This document shows positions 37,085 through 48,336 of a stretch of DNA of 64,000 nucleotides, in pieces (position 1 is the first letter of the stretch; each line of letters opens with the position of its first letter). Made by a program: the position numbers and the translations under genes. The notes beneath the pieces were generated by a model. The model worked only from the letters and a program-made list of their open reading frames with translations. It had not been told where the DNA came from and made no database searches. This stretch comes from Oligoflexia bacterium (GTDB taxonomy: Bacteria > Bdellovibrionota > UBA1018), in NCBI GenBank assembly GCA_963758495.1, contig CAVWVI010000004.1, positions 224,001 through 288,000 on the forward strand, read 5' to 3'.

Positions 37085-39040
37085 ATGGAAATGCACCCTG
37101 CGTCAAAATTGAGCTATTTGATAATTTTCAATTTATTCTGCCTTTTTTCTCTTCAGGGTTCCTTTGCCTGGTCTAGCACCTACCCATTGGATGACCTTTC
37201 TCCCGAGGAAATTGCAAAGACCGTAAAAACCATCAAAGAATCACACAAATTTGCGGACGATCTTCGATTCCCTATCTTAAAAACAAAAGAGCCTTTGAAA
37301 GCTGAAATACTCTCTTACCTTCTGACTGGAAAAACACCTGTTAGAAAAGCATTTGCGTCTATCTTTGAAAAAGCTAAAAACCGACTCACTGAAGTCACGG
37401 TGGATTTGAATCAAAATAAGATTTCCGAAATTAAACTCATTCCAGGACAACAACCTCCTCTCCTTTTAGAGGAATACGACCGAATCAACGAGATCATTAA
37501 AACACATCCTCAGTGGAGGGCTGGATTAGAAAAACGTGGGATCGACCCAAAGGATGTCTGGCTAGATGGTTGGGCTCTCGGGCTAGAATCAGCAAAAGAA
37601 CAGAAATCAGGTAAAAGATTGATTCGTGGTGTCCCTTACTTGAAGAAGAATATCAAAAATTTTTACTCTCGCCCTATCGAAGGTTTGCTTGCCACAATCG
37701 ATATGAACACGGAAACCGTGTATGAAGTAATCGATCTAGGAAAAGCGCCCGTTGCCCGTGGCCAAGAACTCACTCAAAAGACTGAAAGTAAACGAGGGCT
37801 CCCCTTAAAAAAGTTAGTCGTGAGCCAACCTGATGGACCTAGCTTTAAAATCACAGGGCAACAAATTGAATGGAGTAATTGGATTTTTCATTACTCCATC
37901 TCTCCAATGGAAGGGCTAATGATTCATCAACTCACCTACCGAGATGATGACCGTGACCGCACAGTTCTTTACAAAGGGTCTCTCGCTGAAATGTTAGTGC
38001 CCTATGGAGAGCCAGGAAAGATCTGGTCATTTCGAAATGCTTTTGACGTAGGGCAATACGGGATTGGCAGAACGGCTCATAATTTAGTTCCCGGTGTGGA
38101 TGCTCCTGAAAATGCTGTTTTTTTAGACGCATATTTCGCTGACGATAAGGGCGAGGTGATGAGCGTACCCCGTGCCGTAGCTATTTATGAACGAGACAGT
38201 GGAATTCAATGGGAACACTTTGATCAATTTTTAAAAGAAACTGCCGCCATGAGAGGAAGGCAGCTTGTCACCACTTTTACTACCACAGTAGGAAATTATG
38301 ATTATGGTATCAATTGGATTCTTCACCAGGATGGGGTCATTGAAGTGGAAGTGCACCTGACAGGAATCATGCTTGCCAAGGGAACGGATCTTAAAACGAA
38401 TCCATGTCGACAGAAATGCGAGCACCTTGCAGAGCCTCTGATTATCACACCCAATCACCAGCACTTTTTTAGCTTTAGGCTCGACGTGGATATAGATGGG
38501 GTCAATAATTCTATTTACGAGCTGAACACAAAAGCCTTACCCGTCGGGCCCAAGAATCCTGATAGAAATGCCTTTGAAATGTTTCCTACTCTTATTGACA
38601 ATGAGGCCAATTCCTGTCGCGATTTAAATATGGCGACTTCAAGGAAGTGGAAAATATCCAATATGAGCTTTGAGAATAAGTTAAAACATCCTGTGTCCTA
38701 TGTTCTCATGGCTGGTGAAAATTCAATTCCTTATCTCTCGCCTCAATCTCCGATTCGAAAGCAGGCTTTCTTCATCAACCACCCCGTTTGGTTTACTCGT
38801 TATCATGACGATGAACAACACCCTGCAGGAGACTATCCCAATCAAAATCACGCTGGAGACGGCCTAAAAAAATTCCAAGCCAATCATGAAAATCTGAAAA
38901 ACCAAGATATAGTACTTTGGTATAATTTTGGAATTACGCATCATACTAGACCGGAAGAGTGGCCTGTCATGAATGCTCATCGGGCTGGTTTTAAGCTCAT
39001 GCCCATGAATTTCTTTTCGAGAAATCCGACTACTCAGTGA
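37085..39040 (+). CDS. tynA: Copper-containing primary amine oxidase
   Basis: YPLDDLS.EEI, EM.VPYG, FDVGQYG, TPQ motif TVGNYDY, Cu ligands HQH and H..RPEEWPVM. Signal peptide. Confidence 0.92.
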   Translation: MEMHPASKLSYLIIFNLFCLFSLQGSFAWSSTYPLDDLSPEEIAKTVKTIKESHKFADDLRFPILKTKEPLKAEILSYLLTGKTPVRKAFASIFEKAKNRLTEVTVDLNQNKISEIKLIPGQQPPLLLEEYDRINEIIKTHPQWRAGLEKRGIDPKDVWLDGWALGLESAKEQKSGKRLIRGVPYLKKNIKNFYSRPIEGLLATIDMNTETVYEVIDLGKAPVARGQELTQKTESKRGLPLKKLVVSQPDGPSFKITGQQIEWSNWIFHYSISPMEGLMIHQLTYRDDDRDRTVLYKGSLAEMLVPYGEPGKIWSFRNAFDVGQYGIGRTAHNLVPGVDAPENAVFLDAYFADDKGEVMSVPRAVAIYERDSGIQWEHFDQFLKETAAMRGRQLVTTFTTTVGNYDYGINWILHQDGVIEVEVHLTGIMLAKGTDLKTNPCRQKCEHLAEPLIITPNHQHFFSFRLDVDIDGVNNSIYELNTKALPVGPKNPDRNAFEMFPTLIDNEANSCRDLNMATSRKWKISNMSFENKLKHPVSYVLMAGENSIPYLSPQSPIRKQAFFINHPVWFTRYHDDEQHPAGDYPNQNHAGDGLKKFQANHENLKNQDIVLWYNFGITHHTRPEEWPVMNAHRAGFKLMPMNFFSRNPTTQ

Positions 39041-39137
39041 TGAATCTCGGTATTTCGCATTTAGGCTTTTTTGCGCACAAATCAGATAAGTATGGAATGG
39101 AGGGCTTGCGTGGCGTCATTGTGTAGTATAGTGCACT

Positions 39138-39593
39138 CTATTTTATGTTGATTGTCTTATAACCGATGGGTTCTCTACCCTCAGAAAGAAAAGCACCAGA
39201 AACATATCCTATGGAATTGGGATTTTTGACAACATACCCGATCACTTCTTCATCATTTGTCAACTCGGGAGGTGGCACATCTCGTCCAGAAAAAATCAAC
39301 TGCTGCCAATAGTTTTTGACGCTCAAGACAGATCGCTTCAAAATTTCTTCAGAAAACTTCTGCCTCGCTAGAGAACTAGGGCCCTGATCGACTGGTCGGA
39401 CAAAACCATTTTCTGGCCAGTGTGTCACTTTTTTGAAGAAAATATCTGCCAAATATTTACGTTCCAAACTGGTAATTGGATTTTGCGCATTGACAATCAC
39501 TTGAAACAACAGCGGAGTAAATAACTGCTCTTCTCCATGGAGTGGAGAAGAATTTAGAACCAAAACTAGAAATAAAATTAATAATTTACGCAA
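39138..39593 (-). CDS. Small periplasmic-binding-protein-like protein (phosphate ABC SBP-like)
   Basis: VIVN..NP...L....L..IF....W, YW....FSG...PP and V..NP..IGYV. Confidence 0.75.
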   Translation of the reverse strand: MRKLLILFLVLVLNSSPLHGEEQLFTPLLFQVIVNAQNPITSLERKYLADIFFKKVTHWPENGFVRPVDQGPSSLARQKFSEEILKRSVLSVKNYWQQLIFSGRDVPPPELTNDEEVIGYVVKNPNSIGYVSGAFLSEGREPIGYKTINIK

Positions 39594-39605
39594 TGTCCAT
39601 CCCCT

Positions 39606-40793
39606 CTAAAAAAAAGCAGTCGTCTTAACTAAAAAAACGCCCCAGTTCTCTGCGAGTGCACTTAAGGGAGTATGATTATTCAGAGTTGTGCTCAAACCCG
39701 CAGTGCCATGCATATAGTGACCTTCCAATTTCACCAACCAGTAGGGATTAATATCAACACGTAGCGTAGCGGATAAATCATGCTGTTGTCCTTGAGGACT
39801 GACTCGATCATTCACATTGGGAAAAAATAAGGAATAATATAAGGCAGGCTGAAGCCTATTCGATAGATGGTACGCAGCCATGACATACTCTCTTTCACTC
39901 ACCGTGTAAGTGTTAGGAAACAAAGTTGGGTTACTACTTTTATCTACAGTGACATACCATCGGCTATATTCTGCCGCCAAAAGCAAATTAGATCGAGTAT
40001 ACTCCGCCGACCCTACCCACAAGATAGCTGGAATCTCAGTCGAAACAAGAGTGGAACTTGCAGTGTAATCCAGTGTTGCATCCAATTTAAGGGTTTGAAA
40101 AGAACCCCCCAGCCTTAAACCATCCACGGGTGTTTCCCACATCACTCGACTCCCCGCCACATACGGTACATTGATTTCTTGGATTTGAAAGGTAGTTGCG
40201 GGTAAATTCAAGATATCAATTTGAATAGTCCCAGCATAAAGGCGATAGGCCAATGCTCCTAGGGAACTACTCCCCGTGTATCCATAAATCTGCACACCGT
40301 CTTGTGCGAGAAGATAATTGCGATTTTGGGTCGGATAGATAGATTGAGGAAGTAAAACAGGAGCACGTGCCGAATCTACATCACTGCTCTCGTTATATAA
40401 ACCAAAGGGAATCTTCACCCGACCAAATTGAAATCCAAAAAGATCAGAGGGATGATAATCTAAATAAAACCAGTCCATTTTCGCGTCAAATCCGCCTGTA
40501 GGTCCCAGTTGACGAGCAAAGAGTTGAATCCCGGTCCGAAGGGTATCAGTCAATGACTTGGTAAAATTAATTCCGACTTCTGTAAACTCGAAACTGCCTC
40601 CTTTGGACATCGCCAGATAATTATTAGCTGTAGTATTGATATACCCTTGACTCAAGAATCCATGGTATTCAAGGCCCTGAAGTTCTTCCGCGTTCGCGCG
40701 TGGAATAACTACTAAAGCAACAGTAAAGAACATCGAGATAATAGCTACCTTATTGCGCCTTGAAATTGATAGTAGTTTCAAATCTATCTCCAA
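39606..40793 (-). CDS. Outer-membrane porin-like beta-barrel protein
   Basis: Signal peptide, HGFLSQGY, DW.YLDY...GRVK.PFGLYNE and C-terminal aromatic FF. Paired with the small SBP-like gene. Confidence 0.7.
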   Translation of the reverse strand: MEIDLKLLSISRRNKVAIISMFFTVALVVIPRANAEELQGLEYHGFLSQGYINTTANNYLAMSKGGSFEFTEVGINFTKSLTDTLRTGIQLFARQLGPTGGFDAKMDWFYLDYHPSDLFGFQFGRVKIPFGLYNESSDVDSARAPVLLPQSIYPTQNRNYLLAQDGVQIYGYTGSSSLGALAYRLYAGTIQIDILNLPATTFQIQEINVPYVAGSRVMWETPVDGLRLGGSFQTLKLDATLDYTASSTLVSTEIPAILWVGSAEYTRSNLLLAAEYSRWYVTVDKSSNPTLFPNTYTVSEREYVMAAYHLSNRLQPALYYSLFFPNVNDRVSPQGQQHDLSATLRVDINPYWLVKLEGHYMHGTAGLSTTLNNHTPLSALAENWGVFLVKTTAFF

Positions 40794-41013
40794 TAAATAT
40801 TACTATATGAATAGTAGGCTAACCCACATCAATGTAAATATAAATTTTTATATTCAACCCCACTAGACCCTACCAGTCTATGGTGCGGTGCTTATAGGTT
40901 TGTGATGAATTTTCGAGGCACACTTTCTAAAACAAAGTCGGAAAAGACTTCGTAAGTCAATAAATATCAATCGCAAGCACTAAATGGGCTACTTACTATC
41001 AAACTTATTTGTA

Positions 41014-42534
41014 TTATTTCCCTGTGTGCTTGGCACCTTGGCACTTAGGAAGTCGAATTATAAATCGAGTATAATTTGATTTTTGATCAAGCATGAGGGT
41101 ACCACCATGCGACTTAATGATACCGCTAGAGATACTGAGTCCAAGCCCAGTTCCTTTTCCCACTTCTTTAGTTGTAAAAAAGGGTTCCATAATTTTCGAA
41201 GCTATTTCTTCAGGAATTCCATTTCCTGAGTCCGTGACAACTATTTCAATCGTGTCACAATGATTGATAACGCCTATTTCAATGAATGCTCCACTCAGCT
41301 CACATACAGCATCATAAGCGTTATTTAACAAATTCAAAAGCACTTGAGAGATCTGGAGAGGTCGACACTCGACAGTTAGCTCGGCATCAAGCTGAGGAAG
41401 TCTAACCTCAACTTGACGATTCTCAAATCGGGCTAAGCAAAAGCCCAATGTTTCATCGAGTAACTGTTTAACCGAGATGGGGACAAATGGATCATTATCC
41501 CCATCTCGAGCAAAGGCTAGGAGTCCAACAATAATTTTTGCAATTCGATCAATCGTAAAAGAAATGTCTTTAGCAATTTGAGTTAGTTCCGGAATATCCA
41601 GCATATTTCGTTCGGCCAATGTACGGATGATGTCCGCTTTACCTTTTATGATGGCTAAAGGGTTATTTATTTCATGAGCCATACCGCCAGCCATTTCACC
41701 CAATGTTGTCATTTTAGCCGAATGCACAATCTTTAATTTTTGCTCTTCAATTAGCTTTTCATTTTGCTTCTTAAGCGTAATATCTTCAGATATACCAAGC
41801 AAAAATCGTGGCTCACCATTAGCATCTAAAATCGGCACTTTTCGGGTATGTAGAATCATCTCCCCTTTATACTTCGTTAAAATTACCTCTTCAGGAATAT
41901 CTACAAGATATCCTCCTTCTAATACTTCCACGTCCTTTTCCCTAAAAAACTTTGCCTGCTCTTTTGGAAAAAAATCTTCATCAGATTTTCCTAAAACCTC
42001 ATCTTGCGAAAATCCCCAGAGATCGGTAGCCGCTTTATTCCAGAGACTAATACGAAAGTCATTTTTGAAATCCTTACAAAACAAAGCTATTGGGATGTTA
42101 TCCAATACCGTTTGTAGAAATTTTTTACTTTCTTTAAATTCTTGTTCGGCAGTTTTTCTCTGAGTGATATCCTGTTGAACAGATATAGCGTGGCGTTTTC
42201 CTGAGAGGATTAAACTATGGATTCTGGAAGATACAGTAAAAACAGATCCATCTTTCTTAAGGCATTCATATTCACCCTCCCAATATCTCCCCTCATTCAT
42301 TTTATTTGTAATTTCTTCCAATAATAACCGCCTCTTATCGGATCCTGCTGCGTATAAGTTTTGACTTAATTGACCCAATAACTCTCCTTGACTGAAGCCA
42401 TGCATTGCCTCTTTAGCAGGATTAACATATACATACTTCCATTCCTCATCCATGAGCGCGACCCCTTCGGCCATAGATTCTAGAACAAACTTTGGCATCT
42501 TTAGAGCTTCTTCAATTTTTTTATGTTCAAGCAT
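41014..42534 (-). CDS. PAS-PAS sensor histidine kinase (NtrB-like core)
   Basis: Two PAS/PAC domains, [31 protein letters not shown] and [16 protein letters not shown]. Confidence 0.93.
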   Translation of the reverse strand: MLEHKKIEEALKMPKFVLESMAEGVALMDEEWKYVYVNPAKEAMHGFSQGELLGQLSQNLYAAGSDKRRLLLEEITNKMNEGRYWEGEYECLKKDGSVFTVSSRIHSLILSGKRHAISVQQDITQRKTAEQEFKESKKFLQTVLDNIPIALFCKDFKNDFRISLWNKAATDLWGFSQDEVLGKSDEDFFPKEQAKFFREKDVEVLEGGYLVDIPEEVILTKYKGEMILHTRKVPILDANGEPRFLLGISEDITLKKQNEKLIEEQKLKIVHSAKMTTLGEMAGGMAHEINNPLAIIKGKADIIRTLAERNMLDIPELTQIAKDISFTIDRIAKIIVGLLAFARDGDNDPFVPISVKQLLDETLGFCLARFENRQVEVRLPQLDAELTVECRPLQISQVLLNLLNNAYDAVCELSGAFIEIGVINHCDTIEIVVTDSGNGIPEEIASKIMEPFFTTKEVGKGTGLGLSISSGIIKSHGGTLMLDQKSNYTRFIIRLPKCQGAKHTGK

Positions 42535-42622
42535 ATCATCAAAAAGTGTACTTCAACCCCAGCTCTTATCAAACATCCTTATCGGGAAAAAATAAGTTAA
42601 CTCAAGTAAAAAGGGGGCGAAC

Positions 42623-43294
42623 CTATTTGACTTTTTTAATGACAAAAATATGATTATCTCCTCCTTGCACTCCGCGAACAAAGAGGGATAATAGCCTAGA
42701 CATCACTCTTACAAAGATTGAACTTGACCTCGCCTCGACTACATTAAAGGAATGAGCTATTTTATAAAACCCCGCGTCTGCCAACATCATATCTAGGAAC
42801 CGTGTATGAATTGGAGTGATATGAGTCAAGTCATTATATCTGGAATCAGGTCCAAACATTCGAAATTGGCCACTCCACAAAAAACGAAGTCGTCCCGCAA
42901 TACACTCTATATTGGGAGTGGTCATAAGAACAACTCCATCGTCTCTTAAAAGTCTACTAATTTGGCGAAAAAAATGTCTCGGATTCTCTAAATGTTCAAT
43001 CACTTCAAGGGCTGTAATAATCGAAAATTTTTCAGTAAGGCGCTCAGAAAAGTCTTTATTAAGGTCAGCAACTATAAACTCAATTTTTTCAGAATGACAA
43101 AATTCTTCACTAAGGTCGACTGCCACTACTTGAAAACCATGATCAAGCAGGCGATGTGCCCATGCCCCAGACCCGGCACCCAAATCAAGCACTCGCGTAC
43201 CCTTTTTGGCATATTTAAGCAGTTCAGAAAATACTGCATCATGAAGATCTGGGAGGGCTTTCTCTGCAAGCCCATTGCAATATCTATTTTCCAA
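42623..43294 (-). CDS. Class I SAM-dependent methyltransferase
   Basis: VLDLGAGSG, EVIEHLENP and TTPN. Confidence 0.88.
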   Translation of the reverse strand: MENRYCNGLAEKALPDLHDAVFSELLKYAKKGTRVLDLGAGSGAWAHRLLDHGFQVVAVDLSEEFCHSEKIEFIVADLNKDFSERLTEKFSIITALEVIEHLENPRHFFRQISRLLRDDGVVLMTTPNIECIAGRLRFLWSGQFRMFGPDSRYNDLTHITPIHTRFLDMMLADAGFYKIAHSFNVVEARSSSIFVRVMSRLLSLFVRGVQGGDNHIFVIKKVK

Positions 43295-43357
43295 TTTATA
43301 CCCACCTTATTTATTAAAATAATCCCATAAACAATAAAAGTATAGCATACTCTCATT

Positions 43358-44167
43358 ATGGAAACAAAAGGACCACTCTTTGAAAAGATCATAAAAGGAA
43401 ATTTTTTCTCTAAACAATTACATTGCGGAATGTCTCTTATTGCTTGGAGTCACAGCACACGCTTCAAGCTTGCGCGCCTCCTTTTACTCCCTTTTTCAGG
43501 AAATCGCCTTTTGGATTATGGGTGTGGGGATGGGACTTTTTTAGCGCTCAATCAAGATCTTTACAAAACATCGATCGGTGTAGATATTAGTGCGGATCAA
43601 ATTAAAAACAACAGTGAGCGCTTTGCATCTCTCAATCCACAAATCCGCTTTCTCACCGTGGATGGTCTCGCCGAAGAAATTTCTCGCTCTGGGCTCTTTA
43701 ATCTGGTGACCTGTATGGAAACCTTAGAACATTGTCCAATGGACGTATGCCAAAACATCTTGTCGCTTCTTCGGTCTTCTTTAAAGCCGGACGGCACTGC
43801 CTTTATTACAGTACCGATCGAAATCGGACCTTCTTTGATCATCAAACAGATTTTTCGCCACATTGCCGGTTGGCGTAATTTAGGTGATTATAAATATATG
43901 GAAACCTATTCTTTTTTGGAGTTTTGGAAAATGGTCTTTGCCACCGAAGAAACTCAAATCACTCGCCCCCAATATACTTTTACCCATCCCACGACGGGGG
44001 TCACCTGGCTCTGGCATGGTCATAAAGGATTTAATTGGCGAATTCTGAAAAAGTGGATTCAACGTGAGTTTAAAATCGAACGTATCGTCTTTTCCCCCAT
44101 TCCTTTCACAAAGAGTGGGTTAAATAGCCAAGTCTTTTTTATATGTAAACCCATTCCAAAGAAATAG
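43358..44167 (+). CDS. Class I SAM-dependent methyltransferase
   Basis: LLDYGCGDG, GVDIS, ETLEH and LKPDG. Confidence 0.85.
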   Translation: METKGPLFEKIIKGNFFSKQLHCGMSLIAWSHSTRFKLARLLLLPFSGNRLLDYGCGDGTFLALNQDLYKTSIGVDISADQIKNNSERFASLNPQIRFLTVDGLAEEISRSGLFNLVTCMETLEHCPMDVCQNILSLLRSSLKPDGTAFITVPIEIGPSLIIKQIFRHIAGWRNLGDYKYMETYSFLEFWKMVFATEETQITRPQYTFTHPTTGVTWLWHGHKGFNWRILKKWIQREFKIERIVFSPIPFTKSGLNSQVFFICKPIPKK

Positions 44168-44179
44168 TGTATGAATGAG

Positions 44180-44944
44180 TTACCCCGATACGGTATTCTT
44201 AAAAACCGTCTCTATTTTTGTAACGAAGAATTTTCCATCTCGAAGTTGCCACTTCACATCAAAATCTAAAATACGAATTCCAAAATGAGCTCCCTCGTTT
44301 TCTGGATCTGCTACAGAAATTTTTCTCTTTTGAGAAGCAGGGCGAGGATCTAACTCAAGCATTTGAGTAATTAACTTCTTCAAATTAGGATAGTTCTCTT
44401 GATTGATTGTTTCCAAAGTAAGAAGGGCTACTTCAGAAAATTCAACCGGCGTTCGTAATATAGGTTCGTCTGCCCATCCTGATATGGAATTCGAAATAGA
44501 ATCAGCATAATAAAGATACGGTTTGATATCGAGAACTGGACTACCGTCTAAGATATCTACCCCTTTCAAGTAGAGCTCAACTCCGCCAGGCGCATCAAAA
44601 TCAATCTGTTCTAACTTTACAACCGATAATCCGATTGGATTAGGACGATGAGGAGATCGTGAAGCCAAAACCCCCACCTTCCGCGCCCCACCTAGACGAG
44701 GCGGACGAATTGAGGGTTTCCAATTCTTGGTATTCTGCTCATGAAAAACGAGCTGATGAAAAACGAAGATCACCCAAATATGACTGAAACCTTCTAATTC
44801 ATAGACAGCACTCTTCAACGACGGGTCATCATTCAGCTTAAGGATGCCACTGGCCTCAGCTACCAAGCCAGATTGGCGAGGAATCCCGAATTTTTCCTTA
44901 AAACAGGTACTCAAGCTCCCAATGGACTGAAAATGGAAGTCCAT
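44180..44944 (-). CDS. tsaA: tRNA (N6-threonylcarbamoyladenosine37-N6)-methyltransferase TrmO
   Basis: KFGIPRQSGL, FSHIWVIF.FH, RPPRLGG..KVGV.ASRSPHRPNPIGLS and DG.PVLDIKPY. Confidence 0.93.
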   Translation of the reverse strand: MDFHFQSIGSLSTCFKEKFGIPRQSGLVAEASGILKLNDDPSLKSAVYELEGFSHIWVIFVFHQLVFHEQNTKNWKPSIRPPRLGGARKVGVLASRSPHRPNPIGLSVVKLEQIDFDAPGGVELYLKGVDILDGSPVLDIKPYLYYADSISNSISGWADEPILRTPVEFSEVALLTLETINQENYPNLKKLITQMLELDPRPASQKRKISVADPENEGAHFGIRILDFDVKWQLRDGKFFVTKIETVFKNTVSG

Positions 44945-44946
44945 CG

Positions 44947-47900
44947 CTATTTCCGGGCTAAAGCAGTTGCACCAATTTTTAAAATTTCACCGTCTATATC
45001 CACTTCTTCTGTATGACTTCCCTGCGGTGAATCGCTCAGAGAAAAGTGAGTCGCGAGAGTTTCTCGTTGAATCATTTCCCGAAAAGCCTCCACTGCTTGA
45101 CGTAAAGCCCCTGAACAGTGAAGCTCCAACTGAATCCGGTCGTCCAATATAAAGTCTGCTGTCTTACGAGCAGCTTGAATTTTTCGAATCACTTCCCGAG
45201 CCAAGCCTTCACGGATTTGCTCTTCCGAAACGGTTGGATCCATTTCCACAGATACAAGCTGATGAGTCGAAAGATTTGGATTTACACCCTTGGCAGCACG
45301 CCGAATCTCCATATCAGAGAGAGTGACGGCTTCACCCTCAATTTGAATAGACTCCCCTGTTTCCAATTTCAAAATTTCCTTCAAACTCAATTTTTGAATC
45401 CCTGCAGCTACAGCCTTCATCTTTGAACCCAATCGTGGACCGAGAGCTGGAAAGTTTGCCTTGGCAGAAATTTGAATGAAGTCATCCTCATGAGCACTAT
45501 AGCTGATACTTTGAATATTCAATTCATCTTTAAAGTAAGGTTCAAAAGTCTTAAGATTCTTAAGCACTGTTTCATTTCGATGAATAATTTTCATCGAACG
45601 AAGTGGGATCTTCGCTTTTACCCCTATCTTTTCTCGATAGTTCCTTCCAATCAAAACCAATGCTTCCATGACCCGGACTGCCTCTTCCAGCTCTGGGCGA
45701 ATCAAAGTCAAGTTAGCCTCAGGATACATCTCCAAATGAACACTTTCTTTTTTATGAGGACTGACTTGAACGAGGTTTTGATAGGTAGATTCTGCCAAAA
45801 AAGGAGCAAATGGAGCCATGATTCGACTCAAAGTCAATAAAACTTCATACAAAGTTTCATAAGCAGCATGCTTGTCTTCCGGCATCCCTTCTTGCCAAAA
45901 ATGGCGTCGATTGAAACGGATATAAGTATTTGTCAGATCTTCAATGAATTGAAGGAGTGCAGGCACAACGTTATAAAGACGATACGCTGACATTTCCTTC
46001 TGAGTATTTTCAATCAAAGCATGAAGTCGCGACAAAATCCATTGATCTAATCGATTCGGCGATGAGCTGACTTTGCCACGAGGAGAAAAATGATCGATAT
46101 TGGCATAGTTAATAAAAAATGAATAAGAATTCCACCATCTCAATAGAATCTTCCTGACCACATCCTTAACGCCTGCCTCGGCAAACTTGAGTTCTTGGGC
46201 TTTAACCACCGGAGAATCAATTAAATATAAACGGAGGGCATCTGCTCCGTGCTTTTCTAAAACTTCCATAGGGTCAGGATAGTTTTTTAAACTTTTACTC
46301 ATCTTCTTGCCATCTTCAGCAAGGATCAGTCCGTTGACCACCACATGCTTGAATGGTGCTTTGTCAAAAAGAGCAGTGCCTATGACCATCAAAGTATAAA
46401 ACCAGCCGCGAGTCTGATCAAGACCTTCAGCAATAAAGTCAGCTGGAAATCCTCGTTTAAACTCTTCTTGCCCATGATAAGGAAAGCCCCATTGTGCGTA
46501 AGGCATGGAACCACTCTCAAACCAACAATCTAAGACACCCGTGACTCGCTTTAAAGGGCTTTTCCCGGTAGGAGAAGGAATGAGGATTCGATCGATATGA
46601 TCCATATGAAGATCATTGACCTTTTCACCCGATAAACGCTCAAGCTCCTCTCGTGAGCCAATGCAAATGATTTCGCCTTCTGGATTGCGCCAGATCGGAA
46701 GAGGAGTTCCCCAAAATCGATTTCGCGAAATTGCCCAATCACGTGAATTTTCAAGCCATTTACCAAAACGGCCATCCCGTAAATGATCGGGTACCCACTC
46801 AGTAGATTGATTATTTTTAATCAAGCGTTCTTTAATTTTTTCCACCGCAACAAACCAACTTGAAACTGCACGATAGATCAGGGGAGTATCGGAACGATAA
46901 CAATAGGGATAACTGTGTTCAATCGTATCCTGGCGAAAAAGTTTCCCTGCTTTTTTTAAATCTGAAATAATATCTTTATCTGCATCCTTCACCCGCCGTC
47001 CTTGATAATCACGAACTTCCGCAGTGAACATTCCATCGTCATCCACGGGATTAACAATAGGCATTTTCTCCTGAGCGCAGACGAAATAATCCTCTTCACC
47101 AAAAGCTGGCGCCAGATGTACGATTCCCGTGCCACTTTCAATAGTTACATGATTCGAGTGAATAACACGAAATGCACCTAGGTCTCTTTTATCTATAAAG
47201 TAATCAAAGAGGGGTTCATATTTCAAACCCACTAACTCTTGCCCCTTAAGTGTGGTGATGAACTCCACATCGGTATCCGGATTTTTAAACGTATTCTTTA
47301 ATAATGCTTGAGCAAGGATATAAAAATGCCCTGATGCATGCTCTCGCACCTTAACATAATCAATGTCTTTTCCCACAGCTAACCCTAAATTACTCGGAAG
47401 GGTCCACGGCGTAGTCGTCCAAGCCAAAATAAAAGTCTGAACCTGTCCTAAAACAGAAAAAGCAACGGTGATCGCTGGATCTTGTACTTGTTTATAATTG
47501 AGGTTTGCTTCGAAATTTGAAAGAGGGGTAGAAATGCCCGTCGAATAAGGAACTACTTTATATCCTTCATAGATCAGTCCCTTCTTCCACAGCTCTTGAA
47601 AAACCCACCACACGCTCTGCATGAAATTGACATCCATAGTGAAATAGGAGTTTTCCATGTCAACCCAGCGCCCCACGCGCCTAACGGTCCTTTTCCACTC
47701 TTCGGAATAGCGCTTTACAATTGCTCTACAGGCAGCATTGTACTTATCGACTCCCATCTCGATAATTTGCTTACTGCTTTCTATTTTGTAAGATTTGTTA
47801 ATTTCGTATTCAACAGGCACTCCATGACAATCCCATCCAAATCTACGAGGAACAGAGTACCCCTTCATTGTCCAATATCGCGGTATAATATCTTTAAGCA

Positions 47901-48108
47901 CCCCAGCCATAATGTGACCATAATGCGGCAGCCCCGTGGCAAAGGGTGGGCCGTCATAAAAACTGTAAAACTTTGAAGTCTCTTCATTCTTTTGCTGAAG
48001 AGACTTCTCAAAGATCTTATTTGAGTCCCAGTATTGAAGAATTTCTTCTTCTTGCTTAGGAAGTTGAACATCTGACCTGACTGCTGTGAAAGGAGCTTTT
48101 TTCGTCAT
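44947..48108 (-). CDS. ileS: Isoleucine--tRNA ligase (type 2)
   Basis: DGPPFATGLPHYGH, GWDCHG, WTTTPWTLP, ISR.R.WG.P, EGLDQTRGWF and KMSKS. 1053 aa with EG.ARE..R.IQ..RK tail. Confidence 0.97.
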   Translation of the reverse strand: MTKKAPFTAVRSDVQLPKQEEEILQYWDSNKIFEKSLQQKNEETSKFYSFYDGPPFATGLPHYGHIMAGVLKDIIPRYWTMKGYSVPRRFGWDCHGVPVEYEINKSYKIESSKQIIEMGVDKYNAACRAIVKRYSEEWKRTVRRVGRWVDMENSYFTMDVNFMQSVWWVFQELWKKGLIYEGYKVVPYSTGISTPLSNFEANLNYKQVQDPAITVAFSVLGQVQTFILAWTTTPWTLPSNLGLAVGKDIDYVKVREHASGHFYILAQALLKNTFKNPDTDVEFITTLKGQELVGLKYEPLFDYFIDKRDLGAFRVIHSNHVTIESGTGIVHLAPAFGEEDYFVCAQEKMPIVNPVDDDGMFTAEVRDYQGRRVKDADKDIISDLKKAGKLFRQDTIEHSYPYCYRSDTPLIYRAVSSWFVAVEKIKERLIKNNQSTEWVPDHLRDGRFGKWLENSRDWAISRNRFWGTPLPIWRNPEGEIICIGSREELERLSGEKVNDLHMDHIDRILIPSPTGKSPLKRVTGVLDCWFESGSMPYAQWGFPYHGQEEFKRGFPADFIAEGLDQTRGWFYTLMVIGTALFDKAPFKHVVVNGLILAEDGKKMSKSLKNYPDPMEVLEKHGADALRLYLIDSPVVKAQELKFAEAGVKDVVRKILLRWWNSYSFFINYANIDHFSPRGKVSSSPNRLDQWILSRLHALIENTQKEMSAYRLYNVVPALLQFIEDLTNTYIRFNRRHFWQEGMPEDKHAAYETLYEVLLTLSRIMAPFAPFLAESTYQNLVQVSPHKKESVHLEMYPEANLTLIRPELEEAVRVMEALVLIGRNYREKIGVKAKIPLRSMKIIHRNETVLKNLKTFEPYFKDELNIQSISYSAHEDDFIQISAKANFPALGPRLGSKMKAVAAGIQKLSLKEILKLETGESIQIEGEAVTLSDMEIRRAAKGVNPNLSTHQLVSVEMDPTVSEEQIREGLAREVIRKIQAARKTADFILDDRIQLELHCSGALRQAVEAFREMIQRETLATHFSLSDSPQGSHTEEVDIDGEILKIGATALARK

Positions 48109-48336
48109 AACTAGCTTAAGACTCTAACAAATTCCAAGCATGGCGCATAGTGTCTAATATCAAAAACCTCATTATCCTCCAAATTGCAACTTCTTCCCTT
48201 TTCTTATGATGCAGGATGCACCTTCCCTAGTCAGTCATACTCCCTACTTTCCCAAAAGAAGCTCACGTCTACTCATTTTTTGATATCCCCTTAGGCACAT
48301 AAATTGCTTTGGCCGCTCCACAGGGAGAAGTATTGC

